Source: a virus. From it: a DNA stretch of 64,000 nucleotides. The stretch covers positions 11,927 to 75,926 of the IMG/VR virus record IMGVR_UViG_3300050498_000110. One strand, 5' to 3'. The notes under the pieces were generated by a model that saw nothing but the letters and a program-made list of their open reading frames with translations, was not told the DNA's origin and did no database searches. Within the stretch, counting starts at the first letter, position 1, and each line of letters starts with the position of its first letter. Of the stretch, positions 46,345 to 55,331 are shown piece after piece. The position numbers and the translations under genes are program-made.

Positions 46345-48171
46345 TTAGCGGAGCACTTCCTGATCTTGACCGCGCGAATACTGCAATCTGAACTGTACGA
46401 GCACGGCATATATACGTAACTGATTCACAAGATCTGGCGGCCATAGCACATTAAGCCTATTGGGGTTATTGGGGTCCCTTTCGACTATAAGGTGCTGCTT
46501 AAAGCTTTGGACGTCCTCCACTAAACCATTGAACTCATCTATCCTATATTGACTGACAAGCTCGGCCTTGACGATCTTTGGCGTGACGATCTTCTGCCCG
46601 ACACCGAAGCGCGTGCCATCGTTCGCGAGCTTGTGGCGCGGGAACTTGGTGGTGATGACATGGCGCTGATTGCGGATCAGCCTGGCGAGCGTGGCCATGG
46701 TGGTGACCAGCTCATAGGCATCGTCGCTCTGACTGTAGAGGTTGAGCTGATAAGTCGTGGTGTCGCGCATGATCATTGGCTGACCATCCGAGCCACGTTT
46801 CTGCGTCGACAGCCCGACACCCGACAGGGTGTTGAGTTCGGGCAGGATGAAAGACTCTTCGGGATGCGCCGACAGCACCTTGTTGAGCGAAAGCGTCTGC
46901 AACGGCCTGGCCGGATCGTTGGTCAGGGCGCGCGCAGCTTTCGCGGCGTAGGCCGCCGCCCATTCCCAAGTCGGCGTCGGCGACAATTCTTCGACCGCCA
47001 TCACTGCGAGCGGGCCGAAGTTCGGTGATACACCGCCCGCGGCCTGATCACCCCACACCACCAGGTCGGAGAAGTTGTCACGCCGGGCGCAGAACAGATG
47101 GCCATAGAGCTGGCGCATCCATCCCCAGCGGCCGGTGTCGGTAAATCCCCATTCCTGGCAAAAATCGAATAGCGTGTTGCTTTCGGTGTTGGGCAACGCG
47201 ACGTATTCGTATTCGTGCTCGCCGAGATTGGCGATGGCGTCGGCAAAGTCAGGTTCGCCGCCGCCGACCACGCCGCCGGTACCAGCGCCGAGATGCGGCG
47301 GCACGGCCATGGTCAGACCGGGAGGCAATTCCTGCCCACCCACCTTGCCGTAATAATTGAGCTGCAAGGTGATGTCGTTGCCGTTCTTGCCCGGTGTCTT
47401 GCACGTGATCGTCACGTCAGGACCAGCCGCCACTGCCGTGACTTGCAACGACGGTTCGTCATTGATGGCAAAGGCCAGCTCGGTCGCCATGGTGGCTGGC
47501 GTGTCGGTTGTGCCGACGGCAATGCCGACATGATGACCGCCGATATAGAGATGCACCATCCCGGCTTCGACCGGCGCCGTCTGAAACGTGATCTTGGCGG
47601 CGGCTTGCGTCGAGCCCGAAAGCGGCGCCACCGGTAGCGCCCAGATCTCGTGCGCGAAATTGTTGGCAAAGGCAGCGGCGAACATCGACGCGATTTCCGA
47701 GCCCTGACCATATTGGCGGTCGGCCTGCGCTTGCGTGCCGATGGGCTTGGGAATGTTCGGCGTGCCAATCCCGGCGCCTTGCGAGACGACGTCCGGCACC
47801 CACGTCAGATTGAACGTCGCGCCGATGCCTGCGCCGTTGGTGGTAACTTGCATCACCGGATTCACCGGCGGCGTCGCTTCGGCGGAAATGCTCCCGGCAT
47901 CGGTGATGGTGACGGTCGCCACGGCGCCAGTCGTGATGGTGGCCACGGTCAGCACAACGCCATTGTCCAGGTTGATCGTATTGCCGACCGCATAGCCGCT
48001 GCCACCGGCGGCGACGGTCGCGGTGGAAACCTTTTGCGTTGAGATGATCATGGTTCCGACGATCAGAATGGGTTGCCGGATGATCGGCAAGCCCGCCATC
48101 GACGGGTCGACTTCGGCCCAGAACAAAGGCATGCGCCATTGGGCGGGAATGGCATCAAAGCTGATAGGCAT
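46345..48171 (-). CDS. Tail sheath protein (Mu-like)
   Basis: DPARPLQTL, KFPRHKLANDG, ERDPNNPNRLNVLWPPDLVNQLR. Confidence 0.96.
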   Translation of the reverse strand: MPISFDAIPAQWRMPLFWAEVDPSMAGLPIIRQPILIVGTMIISTQKVSTATVAAGGSGYAVGNTINLDNGVVLTVATITTGAVATVTITDAGSISAEATPPVNPVMQVTTNGAGIGATFNLTWVPDVVSQGAGIGTPNIPKPIGTQAQADRQYGQGSEIASMFAAAFANNFAHEIWALPVAPLSGSTQAAAKITFQTAPVEAGMVHLYIGGHHVGIAVGTTDTPATMATELAFAINDEPSLQVTAVAAGPDVTITCKTPGKNGNDITLQLNYYGKVGGQELPPGLTMAVPPHLGAGTGGVVGGGEPDFADAIANLGEHEYEYVALPNTESNTLFDFCQEWGFTDTGRWGWMRQLYGHLFCARRDNFSDLVVWGDQAAGGVSPNFGPLAVMAVEELSPTPTWEWAAAYAAKAARALTNDPARPLQTLSLNKVLSAHPEESFILPELNTLSGVGLSTQKRGSDGQPMIMRDTTTYQLNLYSQSDDAYELVTTMATLARLIRNQRHVITTKFPRHKLANDGTRFGVGQKIVTPKIVKAELVSQYRIDEFNGLVEDVQSFKQHLIVERDPNNPNRLNVLWPPDLVNQLRIYAVLVQFRLQYSRGQDQEVLR

Positions 48172-48233
48172 GGGGGTTTCTCCATCGAGAGGGATTGGCG
48201 CGTCTCACGACGGGCCGGTGATGCAGGAAGGCG

Positions 48234-48620
48234 TTACGCCCTCGAGGCCGCGGGCGCGGGCTTGGTCGGCTCGGTTTCGGTCGCGGGCTCACGCGGCGGC
48301 TGGCGTTGCCCTTGCCGCGGCGCCTCGAGCTGCTGCTGGTGCGGCTCGGCCTGGTGCTCGCCATGCTCGGCTTGTCGATCGAGCACGATTGATCCCTCGC
48401 GTAACCGCCGGTGCGTGAATGTGTCGTTCGGCCACTCGACGGACTGATTTATGTCGGGCATGAAGCGCTTATGCGTGACGCCGTGGCGCAGCGCCTTGCG
48501 ATATTTTTCTTCGCTTGCGCGTACGCGCACGACTTCGGGCTTAGTCGCGCCCCTATGCTCCCTCCGCTTGGGCATGCCGACGCTGGTGCTGCCGTGCGTT
48601 TTCGAAACGATCTCAACCAT
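48234..48620 (-). CDS. Mu gp38 (DUF2635)-like protein with low-complexity tail
   Basis: VEWPNDTFTHRRLREGSIV; position upstream of the sheath. Confidence 0.65.
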   Translation of the reverse strand: MVEIVSKTHGSTSVGMPKRREHRGATKPEVVRVRASEEKYRKALRHGVTHKRFMPDINQSVEWPNDTFTHRRLREGSIVLDRQAEHGEHQAEPHQQQLEAPRQGQRQPPREPATETEPTKPAPAASRA

Positions 48621-48622
48621 GG

Positions 48623-49258
48623 TTATTCCTCTCGGGTTTGCTTGGCTTGCTTTGCTGCTTGTGAAGTCGGTACGGTCCAGTCAGCGATGATCGGCGGCCG
48701 CGTCGGGCTGTCGGGATCTTCGGGATAGGGATAGCTGACCTTGAAATGCATCTGTTCGAACACGTCGGTGACGATCGGCTCGAAGCGCGTGCGATAGGTC
48801 AGCGTCAGCGTCATCTGCATTTCGAGCGTCGGCGTTTCATTGTCGCGGCCGGCTGCGCCCGGCACATGATCGCAGTCGCCGCCAGTGATGGATTCGACCT
48901 GCACGCCATTCGGAAAGGTGTGCCAATCCGGGTCGTGCAACAGCTTCATGATTGACCAGTGCCCGGCGTCGGCAAGTTCTTCTGCCAGCTCGGGATCATT
49001 ATTCTGGACGATGTAGGACAAGCCGAGCTTGAGCTTGTGCAGAAAGTGCGGCTCGGTGAGATTGTTGGATCCATCCTCGCTGAATTGCTCGCCCATGTAG
49101 TAAACGCCCAAGTAAGGAATGTGCTCGGGCTGGATTGCCTTGGCCGTAGTGCGGCTGAATTTGGCAACCGACGTGAATGGCGGAATGAGCTTGCAGCGCT
49201 CGAGGATGCCGTTGCGGATCAGCAGACCATAGGAGTTGACATTGACGGTTGCGGTCAT
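48623..49258 (-). CDS. Tail terminator/neck protein
   Basis: Position in the neck module; beta/alpha composition. Confidence 0.7.
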   Translation of the reverse strand: MTATVNVNSYGLLIRNGILERCKLIPPFTSVAKFSRTTAKAIQPEHIPYLGVYYMGEQFSEDGSNNLTEPHFLHKLKLGLSYIVQNNDPELAEELADAGHWSIMKLLHDPDWHTFPNGVQVESITGGDCDHVPGAAGRDNETPTLEMQMTLTLTYRTRFEPIVTDVFEQMHFKVSYPYPEDPDSPTRPPIIADWTVPTSQAAKQAKQTREE

Positions 49259-49647
49259 TGGTCAAACTCGTATGTCGCTGTCGGCGTCGGCTTCGCGGTG
49301 ACGATCCTGCGCAGCGTCACGGTGATGGCGCCACCTGCATTGCCGGCACCTGCCAGATCCAGCACTTCGAACAAGCCGCCGGGCACGCCCTGATGAAACG
49401 GAATGTCGATGGTGTCGCCTTGCATCGGCAGCACCGGGAATTCGGCAATCAGGATGTCGATATAAGAGCGCGCATCCGACAGGATGCCGCCGTCTTCGGT
49501 CATCACGTCCAATTCCTTGGTGTCGTAATAGCCGCGCGCGCCATAGGCCGGTTGGCCTGGCTGCGAGACGATTGGCGTCACCGTGATCGGCCGCGCCCAG
49601 GTGTCCCACAGCGGCAAGTAAAGGCTGTCGGTGAGATTGAATAGCAT
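49255..49647 (-). CDS. Head-tail joining (head closure) protein
   Basis: IDILIAEFPVLPMQGDTIDIP; neck synteny. Confidence 0.75.
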   Translation of the reverse strand: MLFNLTDSLYLPLWDTWARPITVTPIVSQPGQPAYGARGYYDTKELDVMTEDGGILSDARSYIDILIAEFPVLPMQGDTIDIPFHQGVPGGLFEVLDLAGAGNAGGAITVTLRRIVTAKPTPTATYEFDQ

Positions 49648-50183
49648 CAGGCCGCCGCCTTGGCTCGAGCTGCGCGCAGCCGCGTGACGAAGTTCTGTGC
49701 TTCATCGCCGGCAATGACGCGCAAGTGGAAGCGCTGACGGTTAGTCACACTACTGACGCCGACATACATCGGCTTGAGCTTGCCGCTGCCGCTGCCCACC
49801 ATTCCGCGAACAGGAACACGCGATGATCGAACCGCCAGATATTTTTTACCGGGCGGGCGGATTAACTTGCCTTTGAAGTTGCGAGCCCTGCCGCGGTGCG
49901 GCGGGATCGGAATCCACAGCAACGGCTTGCCGATGCTGGTGCCGCCGTATTCGTACATGTGCAGGAAGCCGGGCTTCAAATAGACGCCGATGCGATAGCC
50001 CATGCCGCCGGGCTCGGCCTTGAATTGGGTTTCCAGATTTTTTGCCCAACGCCCGCCGTTGTGCATGCTGCCGGCGATGTCCTTGCGCGAGCGCTCGCGA
50101 ATGGTGCGCGAGGTTTCCACCACGGCGTCGCGCACCACGGTGGCGTAGTCGACCAGATTGGTTTTGAGTTCGATGGAAAACAT
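49647..50183 (-). CDS. Neck/tail completion protein
   Basis: Basic protein with KPLLWIPIP; neck synteny. Confidence 0.65.
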   Translation of the reverse strand: MFSIELKTNLVDYATVVRDAVVETSRTIRERSRKDIAGSMHNGGRWAKNLETQFKAEPGGMGYRIGVYLKPGFLHMYEYGGTSIGKPLLWIPIPPHRGRARNFKGKLIRPPGKKYLAVRSSRVPVRGMVGSGSGKLKPMYVGVSSVTNRQRFHLRVIAGDEAQNFVTRLRAARAKAAA

Positions 50184-50839
50184 CAGATGTAGAATCGGGT
50201 GAATTTCGACAGGATGTTTTTGACCGCGGTGGTTTGGATGCTCGGCCCGGTCGTGGTCGCGGCCGCGCCTGCCATGTCCTTGGGCGAGAAATAAATGACT
50301 CGGCTTTCCTTGTGCGCCAACATACGAATGCCGCTGCCGCCGGTGGCTGCGGCCGCCGCTTCGGTGCGGAAGCTGCGCACCATCAGGCCCGCGACCTGCT
50401 GCAACGGCAGCGGCGCTTCATCCGGCAGCACATAACCGCCGGTGTAGGTCACCACGATTTCGCTCGAGCAACCGCCGAACAGAATGAGCTTGCCGGTGAG
50501 TTCTTCGATTTCGTAATCGAACACCAGATTGCCGCTCGGCGACTCGACGCTTTCGATGTCAACAGCCTTGACCGGATAATGCGTCAGCCAGATCCGGCAG
50601 GTGCCATCGGGGCAGCATACCGGCGCCACACAGCGCCAGATTTCTTCTACCTTTTCCTTGCCGAAGATGCGGTTGCAATCCCAGGCGATGGCTTCGGAGT
50701 TTTGCGAGATCAGCATTTGCAGTTGTGCGTCGGTGCTGACGTCACCGGCCGGGATGCCGAGCAAGATCTTGCAATCGTCGACCGTGATCAGGTCGTGCGA
50801 CGCCGCGGGCTCGAGGATGTTGACGGTGACGTCGCTCAT
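50183..50839 (-). CDS. Head-tail connector (gp6-like adaptor)
   Basis: LITVDDCKILLGI, VTYTGGY.LP.EAP.PLQQ. Confidence 0.8.
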   Translation of the reverse strand: MSDVTVNILEPAASHDLITVDDCKILLGIPAGDVSTDAQLQMLISQNSEAIAWDCNRIFGKEKVEEIWRCVAPVCCPDGTCRIWLTHYPVKAVDIESVESPSGNLVFDYEIEELTGKLILFGGCSSEIVVTYTGGYVLPDEAPLPLQQVAGLMVRSFRTEAAAAATGGSGIRMLAHKESRVIYFSPKDMAGAAATTTGPSIQTTAVKNILSKFTRFYI

Positions 50840-51039
50840 GACTGCAACAACTCGACCAGCTTGGCGTTGCGGCGGCGCTCGCGTGCCAGCAACAGCATCA
50901 GCGCATGGCGGGCGCGGGCAGGGTCGCGCTCGAGCGCCAGGCGCGCGGGCGGACGGGCGGCTGCGGACAGCTCGGCCGCGCCGTGCTTAAGCTCGGCCAC
51001 GCGTGCGCTGGCCAGCAGCGATTGCTTGAGCCGGTTCAT
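50836..51039 (-). CDS. Hypothetical protein
   Basis: ATGA-coupled at both ends. Confidence 0.5.
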   Translation of the reverse strand: MNRLKQSLLASARVAELKHGAAELSAAARPPARLALERDPARARHALMLLLARERRRNAKLVELLQS

Positions 51040-52277
51040 TTGGTTTCCGTGTGGAATTGCTCGAACAGCTCGCGCAGCGGTAATGCCACTTCATCGCCGT
51101 CGGACATGACAGCAATTGCACGATAACTGGCGCGGTCGATTCGCCATTTGACGATGCGGGCGCCGGGCGGGCCTTGCTCGCCCTTCACGCCGCGCTCGCC
51201 AGGGCGGCCAGGCTCACCATCGCGGCCAGGCTTGCCCGCGCGGCCGACGCCGCAGAGAAGTTGCCAGCCCTCACCAGGACAAGGGCCGGGCGCGTCCTTC
51301 AACGCAACGAAGCTCGAACCGTTGACCATGACTAAGTCGAGCCGGGCATATTCGGCTTCGGCCTGGTGCAGCCCGCGCGGGTTGATGGCAGCACCGTCGC
51401 GACCGCCGACCGCCAAGCAGATCCAATCGGCGCTATGGCCGGGCCTGGTCGCGGTATCCTTGAGCGCCTGGTAGCAGGCGCCATCGCAGGCGAAGACGTC
51501 GCCTTCATAGGCGACCGTATCCGGCCGCCACAGCTTGCCCTTCGGCAGCTTGCCGCGTGGACCTTCCGCGCCGCGCTCACCGGCGACCCCGCGCTCGCCT
51601 TGCGGTCCGGACGGTCCCGGTGGTCCGGGTGGGCCGTCAACGCCAGGCTGGCCGGGCGGCCCTTGCTCACCGATGGCCCCGCGTTCGCCCTGCGGACCGG
51701 GCGGGCCGTTAGCACCGGGCTGACCGGATGGGCCTTGCTCGCCTATCGGCCCCGTTGCCCCTGCCGCGCCGGGCGCACCGGGCTCGCCGTCTTTGCCAGG
51801 CTGACCGGCTTCGCCAGGCTCGCCCTTTTCGCCGCGCTCGCCTTGATCGCCCTTATCGCCGATAGCGCCAGGCGGCCCCGCGGCGCCTGCTGGCCCTTGC
51901 TCGCCTTGCAGTCCTTGCTCGCCGACATCGCCTTTCTCTCCCTTGCTGCCGGGCTCGCCATTGATGCCAGGCGGCCCTGGTAGGCCGGGCGGCCCGCGCT
52001 CGCCGATTTCGCCAGGTTCGCCGGTGTCGCCTTTCTCACCGCGCTCGCCTGGCGCGCCGTCGCGCACGCGCGCCAGACAGTCATCCACGACACGCCGCAC
52101 TTCCTCGCGTAGCTCGGCGTTTTGCGCGCGCAGCTCGGCAATGGTGGCGCGCGCCTGCGCCTCGATTGTCTCGCGCTCGCGTGCCCATTGGCGGCGCTGC
52201 TCGGCAATGACCTGGCCGAGTGCGGCGCGAAGTTCGTCAAGCTCGCCGTCGAGCTGCAAAGCGTAAGCGTGATTCAT
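51036..52277 (-). CDS. Collagen-like head-associated protein
   Basis: Coiled-coil N-terminus, long uninterrupted G-X-Y run, then YEGD...Y.ALKDT and [19 protein letters not shown] modules. Confidence 0.85.
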   Translation of the reverse strand: MNHAYALQLDGELDELRAALGQVIAEQRRQWARERETIEAQARATIAELRAQNAELREEVRRVVDDCLARVRDGAPGERGEKGDTGEPGEIGERGPPGLPGPPGINGEPGSKGEKGDVGEQGLQGEQGPAGAAGPPGAIGDKGDQGERGEKGEPGEAGQPGKDGEPGAPGAAGATGPIGEQGPSGQPGANGPPGPQGERGAIGEQGPPGQPGVDGPPGPPGPSGPQGERGVAGERGAEGPRGKLPKGKLWRPDTVAYEGDVFACDGACYQALKDTATRPGHSADWICLAVGGRDGAAINPRGLHQAEAEYARLDLVMVNGSSFVALKDAPGPCPGEGWQLLCGVGRAGKPGRDGEPGRPGERGVKGEQGPPGARIVKWRIDRASYRAIAVMSDGDEVALPLRELFEQFHTETK

Positions 52278-54856
52278 TCTTCCTCGCTTTCGCCTTCATC
52301 GGATTCCCCGGCCTCGATGCGAGCCTTGACGGCATCAGAAATCTTTTTGGCCGCGGCGTCATCGCCGTCGTCGAGAATGTCCTGATGCAGCTCGGCGTCT
52401 TGGTAGTTGCCGTCGTCGTCGATGTAAAAGAATTCTTTCGACTTGGGATTTTTCGTTCCGGTCTTCGGCGGCAGGTCGTCGGCGCGCACGACGCGGAAAT
52501 GTTTTGCCGCAGATTTCTTTTTGCCGACATAGGCATCGAAGCGCGCCATCGATTCCTTGTCGCCGAAAACCAGCTTGCCCTCCCATGACGAGCCCAGCAA
52601 CATTTGCTTGCCAAATGCGCTATCGGCAATGGCCCATATTGCCTTCGGGTCGTTGCTCTTGAGCGCGCCGCCGATTTGAGATTGCACCATCGCCAGCACT
52701 TCGGGAGTTGATTTTCCCAGCCTGCGATTGATCGACTCGCGGATCTTGCTCCAAGCGCCTTTGGTTGGAACGTAGCCATATTTGGCCCAGGCATAGCCGC
52801 CGACGTCGAGATTGGCTTTTGTCTCAAGATGCTTGATGCCAAGGTCGCGGTAGGTCTGCACATTTCCTGCAAGCAACTTTTTGCCGACGCCCTTGGATTG
52901 CGCTTCCTTGCTGACTTCGAACAGATCCGAAGTTGCAACGTTGCGTTTGACATCTATCGAGCGCTGAAATTCGCCGACGGTTTTGCCGCCTTCCTTGAGC
53001 TTGCCGCTAATCTCTATAAGATGCTCGCGGGTCTGTTTGCCGCCCGGCTTGCTGGTGCCGACATTGAAGCTGCGCAGCGACACCGTCATGTCGCCTTGTG
53101 CATCGCCGAGAAATGATTTTTTGAAATCACCGGGATCCATTCCGACGCTATCGTTCCAGACTTCAAGAAACTCCTTTTCGTCCACAGTCGAAACTTTGAC
53201 GCCCTCTTGCTTGAACTTGCTGGTGCTTTCGACCTTGACCTTTTCCTTGCCGCCGCCCTTGCCGCCGCCGCTTGTCTCATCGCCACCGCTGCCCGGTTCA
53301 CTGCCGCACAATAAGCCCGTCTCGGGATCCTGGCAGAAGTCGCGCAGCACAATGCGCCGGTCATATTCATCCGCCAGTGCGAGCAAGCTGCGGCGCTCAC
53401 GCACGATGTTGGCCTTTTTCGGCGGCGGCTTGTCTTCGTCGTCGGACTCGAGCTTGGCGGGTTGCGGTTTGCCGGGCGGTGGCGCACCAGGTGCAGGCGC
53501 GGGCGGCGGATGCGGACCGGTCGAGAACGGCGACGGGCTGGTGGGGATGCCTGCCGCGGCAGACAGCGGCACGACCTGCTGTTGGACGCGCGGCTCATCG
53601 CCATGCGCGACTTTGGGATAGCTCTCGAGGTTGCGTGCTTCGTTAGGCGCCAGGATGCCGCCCTGCACGGCACGCGCCAGGCTTTCGATGCGATCCTTGA
53701 ACAGCGAGCGCAGCAACGCCGCGGTGTCCAGCTCAAGGTATTCGTCTGGCACGCCTTTGAGCTGGAACAGCACGCCAAAGGCTTCTTCGATATGCGAAAG
53801 ACAGAACCCGAGCCCGCTGCTGACCCATGCCTGGTAAAGCGCTTCCACCGATGAAAACGCGGTGCCGCGGCCGCTCTTGTCGGACACGCCGAGCACCGCC
53901 AGCGGAATGCGAAACGCGAGCGCGATCTGTTCGTCGCTCATCTGTTTCATTTCCGCGACTTGCGAATCTTTGCCCGGCGTCGACCACGGTTGCACTTTCA
54001 AGCCAGCGGTCAGAATCGGCGTGCCGCCTGGTCCGCAGCCGTCGAGCCCGGCGGCTTGCTCGCGCCAGCGCTGGCGCAGCTCATCGACTTGCTGGCGGTT
54101 GAGCACCAGATCGGTCGACAGGATGGCCGAAGGCCGCGCCTGGTTGAGATAGAACGCCGTCTGCTGTGCATTGATTGCCGAGCTGGTAGCAATCTCGGAC
54201 AGCGCAGCGGTCAGCGGCGTCTCGCCGACCAGCGGGAATGGTTGCCGGCGGCGGATGCAATGCAGGCGCACGTGCAGCACGTCGCGCATTGGCACCACCA
54301 GGCGCGCGTCCGGCGCCAGGCGCTTTTCAATCACATCGTTGCCGGCCAAGTGATAAAAAATCTCGCCGTTATAGGCGAGCTGCGGCTTGCACTGGAATGG
54401 ATCGAACATATGCAACGATTCAATCTCGAAGCGATTGTTGCGCAGCGCCAACGCATAGGCGTTGCCCTCGAGATAGACCGAGCGCGTCAGATTCAACATG
54501 AAATCTGAAATGCTCTGATAGTCATTCGGATGGCGCAGGATGCGCGATAGCGCCGAATTGGTCACGCGCTCGCGGCCGCCGTTGGCTTTGCTGCGCCAAT
54601 GGTCGCCTGGCAGCATGGCCACGGTCTGCGCGTAGGCCGATACGCATGCTTCCACCATGGCGGATTGGCTTGAGCCGCCATAGGGATCCATCCCGGTTTG
54701 CCACCAGTTGATGGGCGCCCCGTCAGGAAGCCAGCCGCCGGTGACGGGCAGATAGTACGGCCCCGACCGCGGCTCGCCTTCGACCGCGCGCAACACCGCA
54801 TTGGCATAGACATTTTGCGCCGCCGAGATGACGACGGGCGCAAGCGCCGTATCCAT
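52274..54856 (-). CDS. HK97-family portal protein with a C-terminal GNAT-like extension
   Basis: [31 protein letters not shown]; extension [10 protein letters not shown]...[15 protein letters not shown]. Confidence 0.92.
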   Translation of the reverse strand: MDTALAPVVISAAQNVYANAVLRAVEGEPRSGPYYLPVTGGWLPDGAPINWWQTGMDPYGGSSQSAMVEACVSAYAQTVAMLPGDHWRSKANGGRERVTNSALSRILRHPNDYQSISDFMLNLTRSVYLEGNAYALALRNNRFEIESLHMFDPFQCKPQLAYNGEIFYHLAGNDVIEKRLAPDARLVVPMRDVLHVRLHCIRRRQPFPLVGETPLTAALSEIATSSAINAQQTAFYLNQARPSAILSTDLVLNRQQVDELRQRWREQAAGLDGCGPGGTPILTAGLKVQPWSTPGKDSQVAEMKQMSDEQIALAFRIPLAVLGVSDKSGRGTAFSSVEALYQAWVSSGLGFCLSHIEEAFGVLFQLKGVPDEYLELDTAALLRSLFKDRIESLARAVQGGILAPNEARNLESYPKVAHGDEPRVQQQVVPLSAAAGIPTSPSPFSTGPHPPPAPAPGAPPPGKPQPAKLESDDEDKPPPKKANIVRERRSLLALADEYDRRIVLRDFCQDPETGLLCGSEPGSGGDETSGGGKGGGKEKVKVESTSKFKQEGVKVSTVDEKEFLEVWNDSVGMDPGDFKKSFLGDAQGDMTVSLRSFNVGTSKPGGKQTREHLIEISGKLKEGGKTVGEFQRSIDVKRNVATSDLFEVSKEAQSKGVGKKLLAGNVQTYRDLGIKHLETKANLDVGGYAWAKYGYVPTKGAWSKIRESINRRLGKSTPEVLAMVQSQIGGALKSNDPKAIWAIADSAFGKQMLLGSSWEGKLVFGDKESMARFDAYVGKKKSAAKHFRVVRADDLPPKTGTKNPKSKEFFYIDDDGNYQDAELHQDILDDGDDAAAKKISDAVKARIEAGESDEGESEEE

Positions 54857-54931
54857 TTTGAGCCTATGTGTGAAAGTGTAAAAAGTGAGTCCCCGCGCCG
54901 GGACGGAGAAGGGACTCCAAGTCGGGAGGAT

Positions 54932-55243
54932 TTACGTTGTCTGGCGCGGCGGCTGCGGCGTCGCTTGACGGGTTTGATACTGCGCGCTCGGCTTGCGCGC
55001 TTCCACCGTTTTCGCCTCGCTGGGCGGCGGTGCATTCTGCGGCAGGTTGTTGGGATCCGGGCCGCTGCCGTCGTCCTCTTTCTCGAGCACATGAGCGCCG
55101 AGCGCAGCAAGATCATTCTCCTCTTGCGTCGGCGTGGGTTTGCCTTGCGACCGCTCGGCATATTCGCGCGCGGAGACTTCCTGCCGCTTGCGATTTTCCT
55201 CGAGCTGTTTGCGGGCAGCTTCGTTTGCAGGATCTTCGGCCAT
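54932..55243 (-). CDS. Head-module hypothetical protein
   Basis: GGAG RBS; GKPTPTQEENDLAALG. Confidence 0.75.
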   Translation of the reverse strand: MAEDPANEAARKQLEENRKRQEVSAREYAERSQGKPTPTQEENDLAALGAHVLEKEDDGSGPDPNNLPQNAPPPSEAKTVEARKPSAQYQTRQATPQPPRQTT

Positions 55244-55331
55244 GATGGTGACTCCTATGGAAGTTGCTTACTAAGTTGCTTACCAAGAGCGACGCTGTGT
55301 CCTGCGCTTACTAGCCAGGACACAAGGTCGC

